Assembly: GCA_041390625.1 (NCBI GenBank)
Contig: JAWKPM010000005.1
Span: 128,178-192,177 of the forward strand
Source: Dehalococcoidia bacterium
GTDB lineage: Bacteria > Chloroflexota > Dehalococcoidia > UBA2979
Direction of reading: 5' to 3'
Length of the DNA stretch: 64,000 bases
Made by a program: the position numbers and the translations under genes. Every line of letters begins with the position of its first letter. Position 1 is the stretch's first letter. Under the pieces are notes generated by a model, which made no database searches, was not told the origin of the DNA, and saw nothing but the letters and a program-made list of their open reading frames with translations. This document shows positions 1-9,982 of this stretch, one piece after another.

Positions 1-226
1 TCGACTGTCGGTTCGTGGCACGGGAGCGACCTCGATCTAGACTGACGTCCGGCTCGTGTCGCCACGGCCGGAAGTCGAGGAGTGGTATGTATCCATCCTT
101 CGGGTTCGGACCGCAGGTACACAGTCAGGAAATCCCCTTGGGACCTTGGTCCCGGGCCCCAGTGTCAGGAATGCGTCAGTTTCGCCAGATTCAGGCGGCA
201 GGCTGGACTACCCGTAGGAGGATGCG

Positions 227-1282
227 GTGCGTGAGCTGAAGCTCGGGATCCTCGACCAGTCGCCGATCCGCAAGGGCGGCACGCCGCGCGAGGCGCTGCT
301 GGCGACCCTCGAGCTGGCGCAGGCCGCCGACCGCTTCGGCTACGAGCGCTACTGGCTCGCCGAGCACCACAACAGCGGCACGCTGGCGAGCGCGAGCCCG
401 GAGCTGCTGATCGGTCCGATCGCCGCCAGCACCTCGAGGATTCGCGTCGGCTCGGGCGGGGTCATGCTGACGCACTACTCCGCCCTCAAGGTGGCCGAGA
501 CGTTTCGGATGCTCGAGACGCTCTACCCCGGACGAATCGAGATGGGCCTCGGGCGGGCGCCGGGCAGCGACCAGCTCACGGCTCGCGCGCTGGCACACGG
601 GCCGGGTGCACTCCCCCTCGAGGCGTATCCCGACCAGGTGATGGACGTGCTTTCGTTTATGTCGAACGAGGTGCCGGACGATCACCCGTTCGCGGGTGTG
701 CGGGCGACGCCGACCGGTGACGCGATGCCCGTACCGTGGCTCCTCGGATCCGCGTACGACAGCGCCCGCTTCGCCGCGGAGCTCGGCCTCGGGTTCTCGT
801 TCGCGCAGTTCATCAGTCCGGACGGCGGCCAGCGCGTCGTGCGGGAGTACCGCGAGCAATTCCAGCCGTCGCCGTTCCTCGACAAGCCGCTCGTCAGCAT
901 CGGCGTGCACGCGCTGTGCGCCGACACGGACGAGGAGGCGCATCGCCTCGGGATGAGCCGTCACCTGATGCGGTTACGTCGAGCACAGGGGCGTCGCTCC
1001 GAGGGCGGCGTGCCCAGTCCCGAGGAGGCACTCGCGGTCGAGTTCAACGAGCCTGAGCTCGACTACATTCGCTACCAGCAGAGTCTCGCCCTCGAGGGCG
1101 GGCCGGAGCGCGTGCGGGAGGGCCTGCTCGCCATCGCCGACGAGTACGAGGTCGACGACGTGATTGTGCTGACGATCACGCACGACTACGCCGCGCGCCT
1201 GCGCTCGTACGAGCTGATCGCGGAGGCACTCGGGCTGGGCGAACGTGCGGCGGCTGCCCCACCGGAGGCCGGGGCCCGCTAG
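227..1282 (+). CDS. LLM-class flavin-dependent oxidoreductase (luciferase-like monooxygenase family)
   Basis: 351 aa. N-terminal region (LGILDQSPI...ALLATLELAQAADRFGYERYWLAEHH) is typical of MsnO8/LLM family. GTG start preceded by AGGAGGA SD. Confidence 0.8.
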   Translation: MRELKLGILDQSPIRKGGTPREALLATLELAQAADRFGYERYWLAEHHNSGTLASASPELLIGPIAASTSRIRVGSGGVMLTHYSALKVAETFRMLETLYPGRIEMGLGRAPGSDQLTARALAHGPGALPLEAYPDQVMDVLSFMSNEVPDDHPFAGVRATPTGDAMPVPWLLGSAYDSARFAAELGLGFSFAQFISPDGGQRVVREYREQFQPSPFLDKPLVSIGVHALCADTDEEAHRLGMSRHLMRLRRAQGRRSEGGVPSPEEALAVEFNEPELDYIRYQQSLALEGGPERVREGLLAIADEYEVDDVIVLTITHDYAARLRSYELIAEALGLGERAAAAPPEAGAR

Positions 1283-1391
1283 CCTGTAGGCACGATCCGA
1301 CGACCACGGCCGCGACGGCGGCCGAGACCCACACGAATGCACCGCGCAGGGACGCCGCCGGTGCGTCGCGCGACGTCTCGGGAGACACCTC

Positions 1392-3215
1392 GTGGAAACC
1401 GCCGCCGTTACCGCCCTCGGCGTGATCGGCTTCGCCGCCGCACTGTCCGGGATGGTCGCGCGCCGGCTGCGGCTGCCGGCAGTCCTGATCTACCTCGTGA
1501 TCGGCGCGATCGCCGGCCCTTCGCTCCTCGGCCTCACGGACCCGCACGAGATCGGCCCGATCTACGAGGTGTCGGTCGAGGTCCTCGTCGCCCTCATCGT
1601 CTTCGAGGGCGCGTTCTCCATCGATGTGACGTACCTGCAGCGTGTCGGACGCGTGGTGCGCAATCTTCTGACGCTGGGCATGGTGATCACGATCGTCCTC
1701 GCGACCGCGCTCGCCGGGGCGTTGGACGTCCTGCCGTGGCGGACGGCACTGCTCTTCGGGGCGCTGGTGAGCGTCACGGGACCGACGGTCATCCTTCCGC
1801 TGGTCCGTCGCGAGCACCTCACGGACCGCGTCTCGGCGGTGCTGCTCGCGGAAGGCATCCTCATCGACCCGCTGGGGGCGATCGCGGCGGTCGTCATCCT
1901 CGATTTCGTGCTGCCCGGCGTGGAGACCGAGCCGGTGGCATACGTCGTCAGTCGCCTCGCGGGCGGCCTCGCACTCGGCCTCGTTGGGATGCTCGTCGTG
2001 CGAGGGGTGCTGTGGATTCACCGCACGCCCACGGCGACCGACGTGACGCCCCTGCTGCTCGGCATCAGTGTCGCCACTTACGCCGCCGCCGAGCGCCTGA
2101 TCCCGGGGTCGGGCCTGACGGCGATGGCGACGCTCGGGGTGGCGCTGGCGGCGACGCCGGTTCCGCACGCCGAGGCCGTGCGCGGCTTCGAGGACGACCT
2201 CTCGCGGATCCTGATCGCGGCAGTGTTCATCCTCGCGACGGCCGCGGTCGAACTCGATACGGTGCGCATCCTCTGGCCGTGGGGCTTCCTGACGGTCATC
2301 GGGCTGATGGTGATCGTGCGGCCACTCGCGGTCTGGGTCTGTGCGATCGGGTCCGACCTGACCGCACGGGAGCGGCTGTACATCGGGCTGATCGGGCCTC
2401 GAGGCGTAGTGGCGGCCTCGCTGGCCGCGTTCGCCGGCGAGCGTCTACCGGACGACCTCGGCGGGGCGACACTCACGGCCCTCGTCTTCCTCACGGTGCT
2501 GCTCACCGTGGCCATACAGTCAACGTACGCCGGCTTGATGGCCGGCCTGCTGGAGGTACGAGCGATGCGTGCGCTGGTGGCAGGTGCGGGATCGGTGGGG
2601 AGCCGGCTGGCGACGAACTTGAGCGCGCGCGGCTTCGATGTCGTGCTCGCGGACTCGGATCCCGAGGTCGTCGAGCGCGCGCGTGCCGAGGGGTTGAACG
2701 TGACGGCCGGGGACGTGACCGATACGCGCTTCCTCGAGAAACTCGGCGCCGCCGAAGCTCGCATCGTCGTGGGTGCGACGGACAGCGACCAGGCGAACCT
2801 GCTCTTCAGCCAGTACGTCCTGTCGGTCGCGCCCGAGGCGGAGGCGTACGCTCGCGTCAGCCAGGTCCTCGCGGAGGACGCCTTCAAGCGGGCGGGCGTG
2901 CGCGTCATCTCCGAGACGGACGCCGTGACCGAGGCGATGCTGGAGTCGCTCGGTGCGCCCGTGCTCTACGACGCCTTCGCGCCCGGCGCCGGCGGGCGCA
3001 TGAGCATCGAGGTCGCAGTCGGCTCGGGTCTCTCGGGCCGTCTCGTGCGCGACCTGCGGCTGCCGCCGCAGGCGCTGCTGCTCCTCGTGCTGCGAGGCGA
3101 GCGCGAGATCGTCCCGAACGGCACGACACGCCTCGAGCGGGGGGATCGGCTCATCCTCTTCGGCCGGACGCAGGCCGTCGAGGAGGCGCGTTCGGTCCTC
3201 GTGTCCGTCGAGTAG
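1392..3215 (+). CDS. cation:proton antiporter (CPA family Na+/H+ or K+/H+ exchanger) with C-terminal RCK/TrkA-N and TrkA-C domains
   Basis: 607 aa. About 12 predicted TM helices at the N-terminus. Rossmann motif LVAGAGSVGSRLATNLSARGFDVVLAD in the C-terminal regulatory domain. Confidence 0.8.
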   Translation: METAAVTALGVIGFAAALSGMVARRLRLPAVLIYLVIGAIAGPSLLGLTDPHEIGPIYEVSVEVLVALIVFEGAFSIDVTYLQRVGRVVRNLLTLGMVITIVLATALAGALDVLPWRTALLFGALVSVTGPTVILPLVRREHLTDRVSAVLLAEGILIDPLGAIAAVVILDFVLPGVETEPVAYVVSRLAGGLALGLVGMLVVRGVLWIHRTPTATDVTPLLLGISVATYAAAERLIPGSGLTAMATLGVALAATPVPHAEAVRGFEDDLSRILIAAVFILATAAVELDTVRILWPWGFLTVIGLMVIVRPLAVWVCAIGSDLTARERLYIGLIGPRGVVAASLAAFAGERLPDDLGGATLTALVFLTVLLTVAIQSTYAGLMAGLLEVRAMRALVAGAGSVGSRLATNLSARGFDVVLADSDPEVVERARAEGLNVTAGDVTDTRFLEKLGAAEARIVVGATDSDQANLLFSQYVLSVAPEAEAYARVSQVLAEDAFKRAGVRVISETDAVTEAMLESLGAPVLYDAFAPGAGGRMSIEVAVGSGLSGRLVRDLRLPPQALLLLVLRGEREIVPNGTTRLERGDRLILFGRTQAVEEARSVLVSVE

Positions 3216-3302
3216 CACGAACGCGATGTATGTCGCGTTTCGGTGCGGTAGTCTGCGCACAGCGGCCGACCGGAGCCGCACGAGGCGGAGGCGGCAGGCA
3301 TC

Positions 3303-3809
3303 GTGCTGTCGAGACTGAAGCGCGCGCTCGACCCGCGGCGCGGCTATCCCTCGAACCCTCGCATCGACCGCGTGGCGCCGTGGCTGCTCATCGGGCCGGT
3401 GCTGCATCCGAGCGACTATCGCCAGCTCGCCAGCTTCGACGTGACGCACGTCGTCGATCTGCGCGCCGAGGACATCGATGACTCGGAGCGCCTGGGTGAG
3501 GCCGGCATCGTCTGGCACCACCTCCCCATCGAGGACCGCATGGCGCCGACGGTCGACTCGCTTGGCTCACTCCTCGAGTGGCTGAACGACGCACGAGAGT
3601 CGGCGGGCGACCGCATGACGCTGTACGTGCACTGCCAGGGTGGCGTTGGGCGCACGCCGACGGTGGCGACGGCCCTGCTGATGGCGACCGGGTTCTCGCT
3701 GCCGGACGCGATGCGCCTCGTGCGGGCGGCGCGACCGGAGTCAGCTCCGACCGAGGAGCAGCAGCAGTGGCTCGAGTCGCTGAGCTTCGACCAGGCGGAG
3801 TCCGCGTAG
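3303..3809 (+). CDS. dual-specificity / protein-tyrosine phosphatase family protein
   Basis: 168 aa. CX5R P-loop signature VHCQGGVGRT. Confidence 0.7.
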   Translation: MLSRLKRALDPRRGYPSNPRIDRVAPWLLIGPVLHPSDYRQLASFDVTHVVDLRAEDIDDSERLGEAGIVWHHLPIEDRMAPTVDSLGSLLEWLNDARESAGDRMTLYVHCQGGVGRTPTVATALLMATGFSLPDAMRLVRAARPESAPTEEQQQWLESLSFDQAESA

Positions 3810-4094
3810 CCGCGTTTCCTCGAGACATTCCCGGATAGGAACTGCGTTCGTCCTCGCGGACGCTCTTCACCGTGACGCCGAAGCACATCGGCGGGGTGGA
3901 GGTGGGGCCGTGGCGGCTCAACGACGCGGCTCGGACGACGGAGGCCTCGGAGACGACGGCGCTTTCGCGGCTAGTCGGGCGAGCGCGGCCCCGGGCGACG
4001 GCCTCGATGCTGCGCGGGGCGTGGGCTGGGGACTCCTCCTCGCAGTCGTGGGGTTCTGGGGTCCGATGCTCGCCCTGTGGCGGTGGCTGCACCG

Positions 4095-5465
4095 CTAACC
4101 GTGGGCGGCTCGATCGGCCGCGGCCGCAGCGAGCGCCTCGAGGAATCGCACGCGCCAGGCGTGGACGTCGTTCTCTTCGACCGTGCGGTGCATCGCGGCC
4201 CAGCGGCGGCGTCGCTCCTCGAGGGGCATCGCGAGGGCGGTCGTGATGGCCTCGGCAGTGGCATCGACGTCTCCGGCGGGCACCACGAGCGCCTCGGGCA
4301 GTTCCTCCACGGCGCCGCAACCGTCCGAGAGGATGAGGACACCCGGGTCGGCTTCGGGCTGCAGCGCGACGTACTCCTTCGCGACGAGGTTCATGCCGTC
4401 CGACAGCGACGTCACGAGGCAGACCTCGGCGTCGCGCATGCTGGCGGCCACCTCCTCGGGGGCACGCGTCGCCACCTCAAATTGGACGGCTCCCTCATCG
4501 AGGCGTGCGATGTCGGCGGCCAGCTCCTCGGAACGCGCGCGTTCAGCGTCGTAGGCGGGGATGCCGGCCCTCGATGGGGCGGCCCACTGCACCATCGCGA
4601 CGCGCTCGCCGAGCGTGCGGTCGGCGTGCAGCGCGCGGTCGAACGCCTCGAGGCGCAGCGGGATGCCCTTCGTGTAGTCGAGGCGATCGACACCGAGCAG
4701 GATGCGGCGGCCGCGGCGAAATGAACCGAACGCGTCGTCCGGATGTCGAGCCGCCGTCGCGCGAATGCGCGCGGGATCGATGGAGATCGGGTGCCCCTCG
4801 ACGAGCGGCGTGACGCCGTCCTCGGTGGCCGCCTCGATGTACGAGCGCAGGCGGTCGGCGTCGCGATGCGTCTGCATGCCGACGAGGTCGTACGCGCGCA
4901 TCGACGCGGCGATGTCGGATTCGTGCGGGATCTGGGCCCAGACCTCGGGAAGCGGGATCGGGATGTGGTGGAAGTACCCGAGCGGGCCGTCCCAGCCTCG
5001 GGCCCGCAGCTCGGCGCCGAGGGGCATGAAGTGGTAGTCGTGCACCCAGACGAGGTCGTCCTCCTGCAACTCGGCCATCAGCGCCTCGGCGAAGCGGACG
5101 TTTACGGCTCGCCACGTCGCGTACTGCGCGGGGTTGATCGAGGCGCGATCGGGAAAGCCGTGCATCAGCGGCCAGAGCGTCTGGTTGCAGAAGCCTTCGT
5201 AGTAGTCGCGGACCTGCTCCGGGGTGAGGTCGAGCGTGACGTACTCGACGCTACCGCGAACCTCGCGGACGCGCGGGCCCGGAGCATCACTCGCGCTGCC
5301 GCTCCAGCCGAGCCAGAGCCCGCCTTCGGCCTCGAGAGCGGGGAGCACGGCCGCCACGAGCCCGCCGGCCGCGCGCTCGGTCGAGGGCGGCGGCACGCGA
5401 TTCGAGATCGCAACGACGCGACGGCCTCGTTCCTGCGCCCCGTCGGCAGCTCGAACATCGGACAT
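4095..5465 (-). CDS. otsA: alpha,alpha-trehalose-phosphate synthase (UDP-forming), GT20 family
   Basis: 456 aa. Full-length similarity pattern to OtsA (ISNRVP..., LWLGWSG, DYHFMPLG, LGVDRLDYTKGI motifs). Confidence 0.9.
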   Translation of the reverse strand: MSDVRAADGAQERGRRVVAISNRVPPPSTERAAGGLVAAVLPALEAEGGLWLGWSGSASDAPGPRVREVRGSVEYVTLDLTPEQVRDYYEGFCNQTLWPLMHGFPDRASINPAQYATWRAVNVRFAEALMAELQEDDLVWVHDYHFMPLGAELRARGWDGPLGYFHHIPIPLPEVWAQIPHESDIAASMRAYDLVGMQTHRDADRLRSYIEAATEDGVTPLVEGHPISIDPARIRATAARHPDDAFGSFRRGRRILLGVDRLDYTKGIPLRLEAFDRALHADRTLGERVAMVQWAAPSRAGIPAYDAERARSEELAADIARLDEGAVQFEVATRAPEEVAASMRDAEVCLVTSLSDGMNLVAKEYVALQPEADPGVLILSDGCGAVEELPEALVVPAGDVDATAEAITTALAMPLEERRRRWAAMHRTVEENDVHAWRVRFLEALAAAAADRAAHG

Positions 5466-5563
5466 GCACCCTCCTCGGGGTCCCAGCGGGGCGACTCGCG
5501 ACCGGGGCTGGTAGGCTCGACGACTCAGAGCCTACCGCGTGATCCAGTCGGGACGGAGACGGC

Positions 5564-6475
5564 GTGACCTCCAACGACATGACGGCCGTGCTCGTCGCCG
5601 ACCTCGGCGGCACGCAGACGCGCGCGGCCGTCATCGATCGAGAAGGCACACTTCACTCGAGGGTGGCGCACCCGTCCTCGGAGGGTGATCCGTCGACGCT
5701 GACCTCGACGATGCGCGAGGCGCGTGAGGAGGCGGGACTCGACGTCTCCGGGGCGGTCGTGGGCGTGCCGGGCCCCGTCTCGTACATCGAGGGTCGTTCG
5801 CTGCGGCTGCCAAACCTGCCGCAGTGGGAAGGGCACGTCGCTGCCCAGGCGATCGCCGATGACCTCGGGCTCGCGGTGTTGTTGGCGAACGACGCCGACC
5901 TCGCGGCGCTGGGCGAGCACCGCTTCGGGGCGGGGCGCGACACCCTGGACATGGTGTACGTCACGATCAGCACGGGCGTCGGCGCGGGTGTCGTCCTCAA
6001 CGGGCGGCTGCTGCACGGACAGCGGTCGGTGGCCGAGATCGGACACACGCTCATCGACTTCGAGGGCGGTCGGACGGTCGAGGAGCTGGGGTCGGGAACG
6101 GCCCTCGAGGGTCTGACCGGCCTCGATGGCGCCGAGGTGACGCGTCGGGCCCAGGCGGGGGACGCCGACGCACTGGCGGCGTTCGCGCGCGTTACGAGCG
6201 CTTTCGCCGCCGGCGTGCTGAACCTCGTGATGCTCTACATGCCGCAGCGGGTCGTGATCGGCGGCGGCGTCTCTCAGGCCGGCACGCTGGTCCTCGACCC
6301 GGTGCGAGCACTCCTCGAGGAGCGCGGGCCCTCGATGGCGATCGTGCCGGAGGTCGTGCGGGCCTCGGGAGGGGACGACGTCGGATTGCTCGGCGGGCTC
6401 GCGCTATGGCTCGACCGGGACGCTGCCGAGGGCACGGAGCGCATCGAGGCGGCGCAGCCGCGACCTCGAGCCTGA
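5564..6475 (+). CDS. ROK family sugar kinase (glucokinase-like)
   Basis: 303 aa. N-terminal ATP-binding motif LVADLGGTQTRAAV and glycine-rich ISTGVGAGVVLNGRL typical of ROK/glucokinases. Confidence 0.8.
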   Translation: MTSNDMTAVLVADLGGTQTRAAVIDREGTLHSRVAHPSSEGDPSTLTSTMREAREEAGLDVSGAVVGVPGPVSYIEGRSLRLPNLPQWEGHVAAQAIADDLGLAVLLANDADLAALGEHRFGAGRDTLDMVYVTISTGVGAGVVLNGRLLHGQRSVAEIGHTLIDFEGGRTVEELGSGTALEGLTGLDGAEVTRRAQAGDADALAAFARVTSAFAAGVLNLVMLYMPQRVVIGGGVSQAGTLVLDPVRALLEERGPSMAIVPEVVRASGGDDVGLLGGLALWLDRDAAEGTERIEAAQPRPRA

Positions 6476-6490
6476 GCCAACCGCACCTCG

Positions 6491-7438
6491 ATGGACGACA
6501 CGCGCTCCCTCCTGATCGTTCGCAACCCACGCGCCCGCACCGCTCCGGCCGAGCACGAGCTGGTCGAGGCGAGCGCACCACTCTCGAAGGCGGGCTGGCA
6601 GGTCGACATCCGCACCACGGAGGCGCCGCACCACGCGGAGACGCTCGCGCGCGAGGCTGCTGATGCAGGCGTGCGGACCGTCGTGGCGTGCGGCGGCGAC
6701 GGGACCGTTCGCGAAGTCGCGTCTGGCCTCGTGGGGAGCGACACCGCACTCGCGGTCATGCGGGGCGGTACGGCGAACGTCTGGGCCCGGGAGATGGGCG
6801 TTCCGGATGGCGCACGGCCGGCGCTTGCGTGGATGGTGCGCGCGAAGCGCCATCGCGTGGACACGGGCCTCGCGCGCCTCGATGGCGGGGCCGGAGAGCG
6901 CTTCCTGCTGATGTGCAGCGTCGGGCTCGATGCCGCGGTGCTACGGGCGGTCGACGGCACCGGCAGCAAGAAGCGCCTCGGACGGGCCGCGTTCGCCTGG
7001 CCCGCGATGCGCGCGCTACGGACGGCCGCGCCGGTCGACGCGCTCATCGGCATCGACGGCGGGACGCCGGAGCGGCGCTCGCTCCTGCTGCTCGTTGCCG
7101 GGAACACGAGGTCGTACGGTGGCGTGCTTCGGCTGACGCCGGACGCGCTGATCAACGACGGTCGCCTCGATGTGAGCTCGTACTCGACGCGACCCGAGGG
7201 CGGGCGCGGCGCGCTCATCGGACGGGCGCTGTTCCGAGGGCTGCTGGGACGGTCCGGCGACGCGACCGGCATCGAGACCGCTCGAGGCGCCTCGATCCGC
7301 GTGGAGACCGCGGCCCCGCTGCCCGTGCAGGTCGACGGCGAGTACCTCGGGACCGCTCAGCGCCTCGAGATCGGGGTCGAGCCATCCTCGCTGGTTGCGC
7401 TCATTGGTCGGAGCGGTCGGACGCTGTTGCGGGGCTGA
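6491..7438 (+). CDS. diacylglycerol kinase catalytic-domain family lipid kinase (YegS/DagK-like)
   Basis: 315 aa. GGDGT motif (VVACGGDGTVREVA). 3' end overlaps GH15 gene convergently. Confidence 0.75.
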   Translation: MDDTRSLLIVRNPRARTAPAEHELVEASAPLSKAGWQVDIRTTEAPHHAETLAREAADAGVRTVVACGGDGTVREVASGLVGSDTALAVMRGGTANVWAREMGVPDGARPALAWMVRAKRHRVDTGLARLDGGAGERFLLMCSVGLDAAVLRAVDGTGSKKRLGRAAFAWPAMRALRTAAPVDALIGIDGGTPERRSLLLLVAGNTRSYGGVLRLTPDALINDGRLDVSSYSTRPEGGRGALIGRALFRGLLGRSGDATGIETARGASIRVETAAPLPVQVDGEYLGTAQRLEIGVEPSSLVALIGRSGRTLLRG

Positions 7439-9332
7439 CCGGGCCGGTCGGCGGGAAGCGGCCGGCAGCGCGCTCGAACTGGATCGCTGCGTTGATCACC
7501 GCGAGGTGGCTGAATGCCTGGGGGAAGTTGCCCAGAATCCCACCATCGGCGCCGACCTCCTCGCCGTGCAGACCAAGGTCGTTCGAGTGGTCGCAGATGC
7601 GTCGGAAGAGCTCGTGAGCCCGCTCCGTCTCGCCGAGCAAGATGAGCCCGTCGACGAGCCAGAGCGAACAGATCACAAAGGTGCCCTCCTCGCCCTTGAG
7701 TCCGTCGTCGTAGCCGCGGTAGCGGTGGAGGAAGCCGTCGGGCGCTGCGAGCTCGGTGGCGATCGCCTCGATGGTGGCGCGCATGCGGGGGTCGGTCGCG
7801 TCAATGAACCGCACGAGAGGCAGCATCAGCAGACTCGCATCGAGCGAGGTCTCGCCGTAGGCGGCGACGAACGTCCCACGGTCCTCGTCGAAGCCGTGCT
7901 CGAGGACATCGTCGCGAATCTCCTCGCGGACGCGGCGCCACAGCTCGAGATCGCCCTCGAACTCGCACTCCTCGACGGTGCGAATGGCGCGGTCGAGCGC
8001 GACCCAGCACATCACCTTCGAGAACGTGTGGTGGCGACGTCCGCTGCGCGCCTCCCAGACTCCGTCGTCCGGCTCTCGCCAGTGATCGATGACGAAGGCG
8101 ACGACGCGCTGGAGAAACTCCCAGTACTCGGGGTCGATCTCGCCGCCGGCGCGGCGGTAGATGTGAGCGGCGTCCATCACCTCGCCGTAGATATCGAGCT
8201 GTAGCTGCTTCGAGGCGTCGTTGCCGATGCGAACCGGCTTCGAGCCGGCGTAGCCCTCGAGGTGATCGAGCGTGAGCTCGGTGAGCCGCCGTTCGCCGGC
8301 GAGGCCGTACATCACCTGGAGGTCGCGCGCGCGGCCGGTGGTGCTCCAGTCGACCCACTCCTTGAACTCGTGAGCCTCGCGCTCAAGGCCGAGGAGGGAG
8401 AGCGCGTAGATCGCGAACGAGGCATCGCGCACCCACGTGTAGCGGTAGTCCCAGTTCCGCTCTCCGCCGATGTGCTCCGGCAGTGAGGTCGTGGCGGCCG
8501 CGACCATGGCCCCTGACGGGGCGTAAATGAGCGCCTTCAGTGTGAGCGCCGAGCGCAGGACCTCTTCGCGATAGTCCCCGTCGTACTCCATCCGTGACGA
8601 CCATGCGCGCCAGTAGGACACGGTGGTGTCAAGGCGCTCGCGCAGGTCGCCGTCCGAGAATTGATGCACCTCGAGGTGGCCGAAGTGCTGGTGATAGGAC
8701 GCCGTCGTCAGCAGGGTCTCGCCTGCCTCGAGGCGCCCTTCGGAGATGAAGCCGCCCTCGACGGTCTGAACCGGCATCGAGCAGAAGAAGCTCAGGCTGT
8801 CGGCACCGCCGTGTGCGAAGCCGGCATAGTCGCCCTGGGGCGAGACGTGGGGCGTGATGCTGCCGTAGTCGAAGCGGGGGTGGCAGTCCACGCGCACATC
8901 AACGTGCCCGTCCAGGCACTCGGCGATGCGTGCGAGCTGGTGGAGCGGCTGGGTCGAGCGCGGCTCCTCCGGCGACGAGGCGGGGTGCAGCGGCATGAAG
9001 TCGGTGAGCTTCAGCGCACCCGTCCGCGTTCGGAAGGTCGTCTCGAGGACGTTCGTCCCCTCAATGTACTCGCGCGTGACGCTGTAGACGTCCGTCGGCA
9101 CCACCTGGAAGTGACCGCCTCGGTCCCAGTCGAGCAGGCGCCCGAAGATCGACGGGCTATCGAAGCGCGGGAACGAGCACCAATCGATGGAGCCAGCATT
9201 CGAGACCAGCGCGCACGAGTGCATGTCGCCGATGAGCCCGTATGCACCGATCGGTGGGTAGCGCTGCGTCCGGTCGCCCGGAGGCCGGGGGGCAGGCGCA
9301 GCGGCAGCCTTCGGGTCGGGGGATTCGGTCAT
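7401..9332 (-). CDS. glycoside hydrolase family 15 protein (glucoamylase/glucodextranase/trehalase-like)
   Basis: 643 aa. N-terminal YPPIGAYGLIGDMHSCALVS...GSIDWCSFPRFDSPSIFGRLLD is the GH15 N-domain signature. Start overlaps pgl stop by 4 nt. Confidence 0.8.
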   Translation of the reverse strand: MTESPDPKAAAAPAPRPPGDRTQRYPPIGAYGLIGDMHSCALVSNAGSIDWCSFPRFDSPSIFGRLLDWDRGGHFQVVPTDVYSVTREYIEGTNVLETTFRTRTGALKLTDFMPLHPASSPEEPRSTQPLHQLARIAECLDGHVDVRVDCHPRFDYGSITPHVSPQGDYAGFAHGGADSLSFFCSMPVQTVEGGFISEGRLEAGETLLTTASYHQHFGHLEVHQFSDGDLRERLDTTVSYWRAWSSRMEYDGDYREEVLRSALTLKALIYAPSGAMVAAATTSLPEHIGGERNWDYRYTWVRDASFAIYALSLLGLEREAHEFKEWVDWSTTGRARDLQVMYGLAGERRLTELTLDHLEGYAGSKPVRIGNDASKQLQLDIYGEVMDAAHIYRRAGGEIDPEYWEFLQRVVAFVIDHWREPDDGVWEARSGRRHHTFSKVMCWVALDRAIRTVEECEFEGDLELWRRVREEIRDDVLEHGFDEDRGTFVAAYGETSLDASLLMLPLVRFIDATDPRMRATIEAIATELAAPDGFLHRYRGYDDGLKGEEGTFVICSLWLVDGLILLGETERAHELFRRICDHSNDLGLHGEEVGADGGILGNFPQAFSHLAVINAAIQFERAAGRFPPTGPVSPATASDRSDQ

Positions 9333-9979
9333 TGGGCGTCAGTCCCTGCGGCCGCGTGGTCGGCGACCACGATCACGCGCTCGGAGGCCACGCGTGCCGC
9401 GGGGATGTCGTCACCCTCCAGCAGTTGGGTCAGCGCCTCACGCTTCGATTCACCGACGACGAGGAACAGTGCCACGGACGCGGCATCGAGGACGGGGTAC
9501 GTCACGGTGAGCCTCGAGAAGTCGGGGCGCTCGACGCGCACCACGAGGCGCTCACGCTCCTCCAGGGCGGGATCGCCCGGGAACAGCGATGCGGTGTGCC
9601 CGTCCTCACCGAGCCCAAGAAGCGCGAGATCGAGGCGCGGGGTGGCACCGAGGCGGTCGCGCAGCAGGCGCTCGTACGCCTCGGCGTCGCAGGTCTCGCC
9701 GGGCATCGCGTGAACGGTGGCGGGGACGTGCGCGAGCAGCGCCTCGTGCGCCATGTGGAAGTTCGAGGCGGGGTGGTTCGGCGGCACACAGCGCTCGTCG
9801 CCGAAGAAGCACTCGATCTCGTGCCACGGCAGGTCGGCTCTCACGAGGCGCCCGTAGAGGCCTCGAGGGGTAGAGCCGCCCGCGAGCGCCCAGGTGCGGG
9901 GCCGCAACTCGAGGATCAGTCGTGCGGCCTCGGCGATGGGGTCGGCGCCGACCAGCAGTTCGGGAGTTCGACGTGCCAC
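9329..9979 (-). CDS. pgl: 6-phosphogluconolactonase
   Basis: 216 aa. LAGGSTPRGLYGRL and GLGEDGHTASLFPG motifs of DevB/Pgl. Confidence 0.85.
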   Translation of the reverse strand: MARRTPELLVGADPIAEAARLILELRPRTWALAGGSTPRGLYGRLVRADLPWHEIECFFGDERCVPPNHPASNFHMAHEALLAHVPATVHAMPGETCDAEAYERLLRDRLGATPRLDLALLGLGEDGHTASLFPGDPALEERERLVVRVERPDFSRLTVTYPVLDAASVALFLVVGESKREALTQLLEGDDIPAARVASERVIVVADHAAAGTDAQ

Positions 9980-9982
9980 GGG

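Noticed and set aside
15-964. ORFs 15..239(+) and 191..964(-) at the window start
   Set aside because: Low-complexity R/A-rich products. 191..964(-) is antisense to the LLM oxidoreductase.
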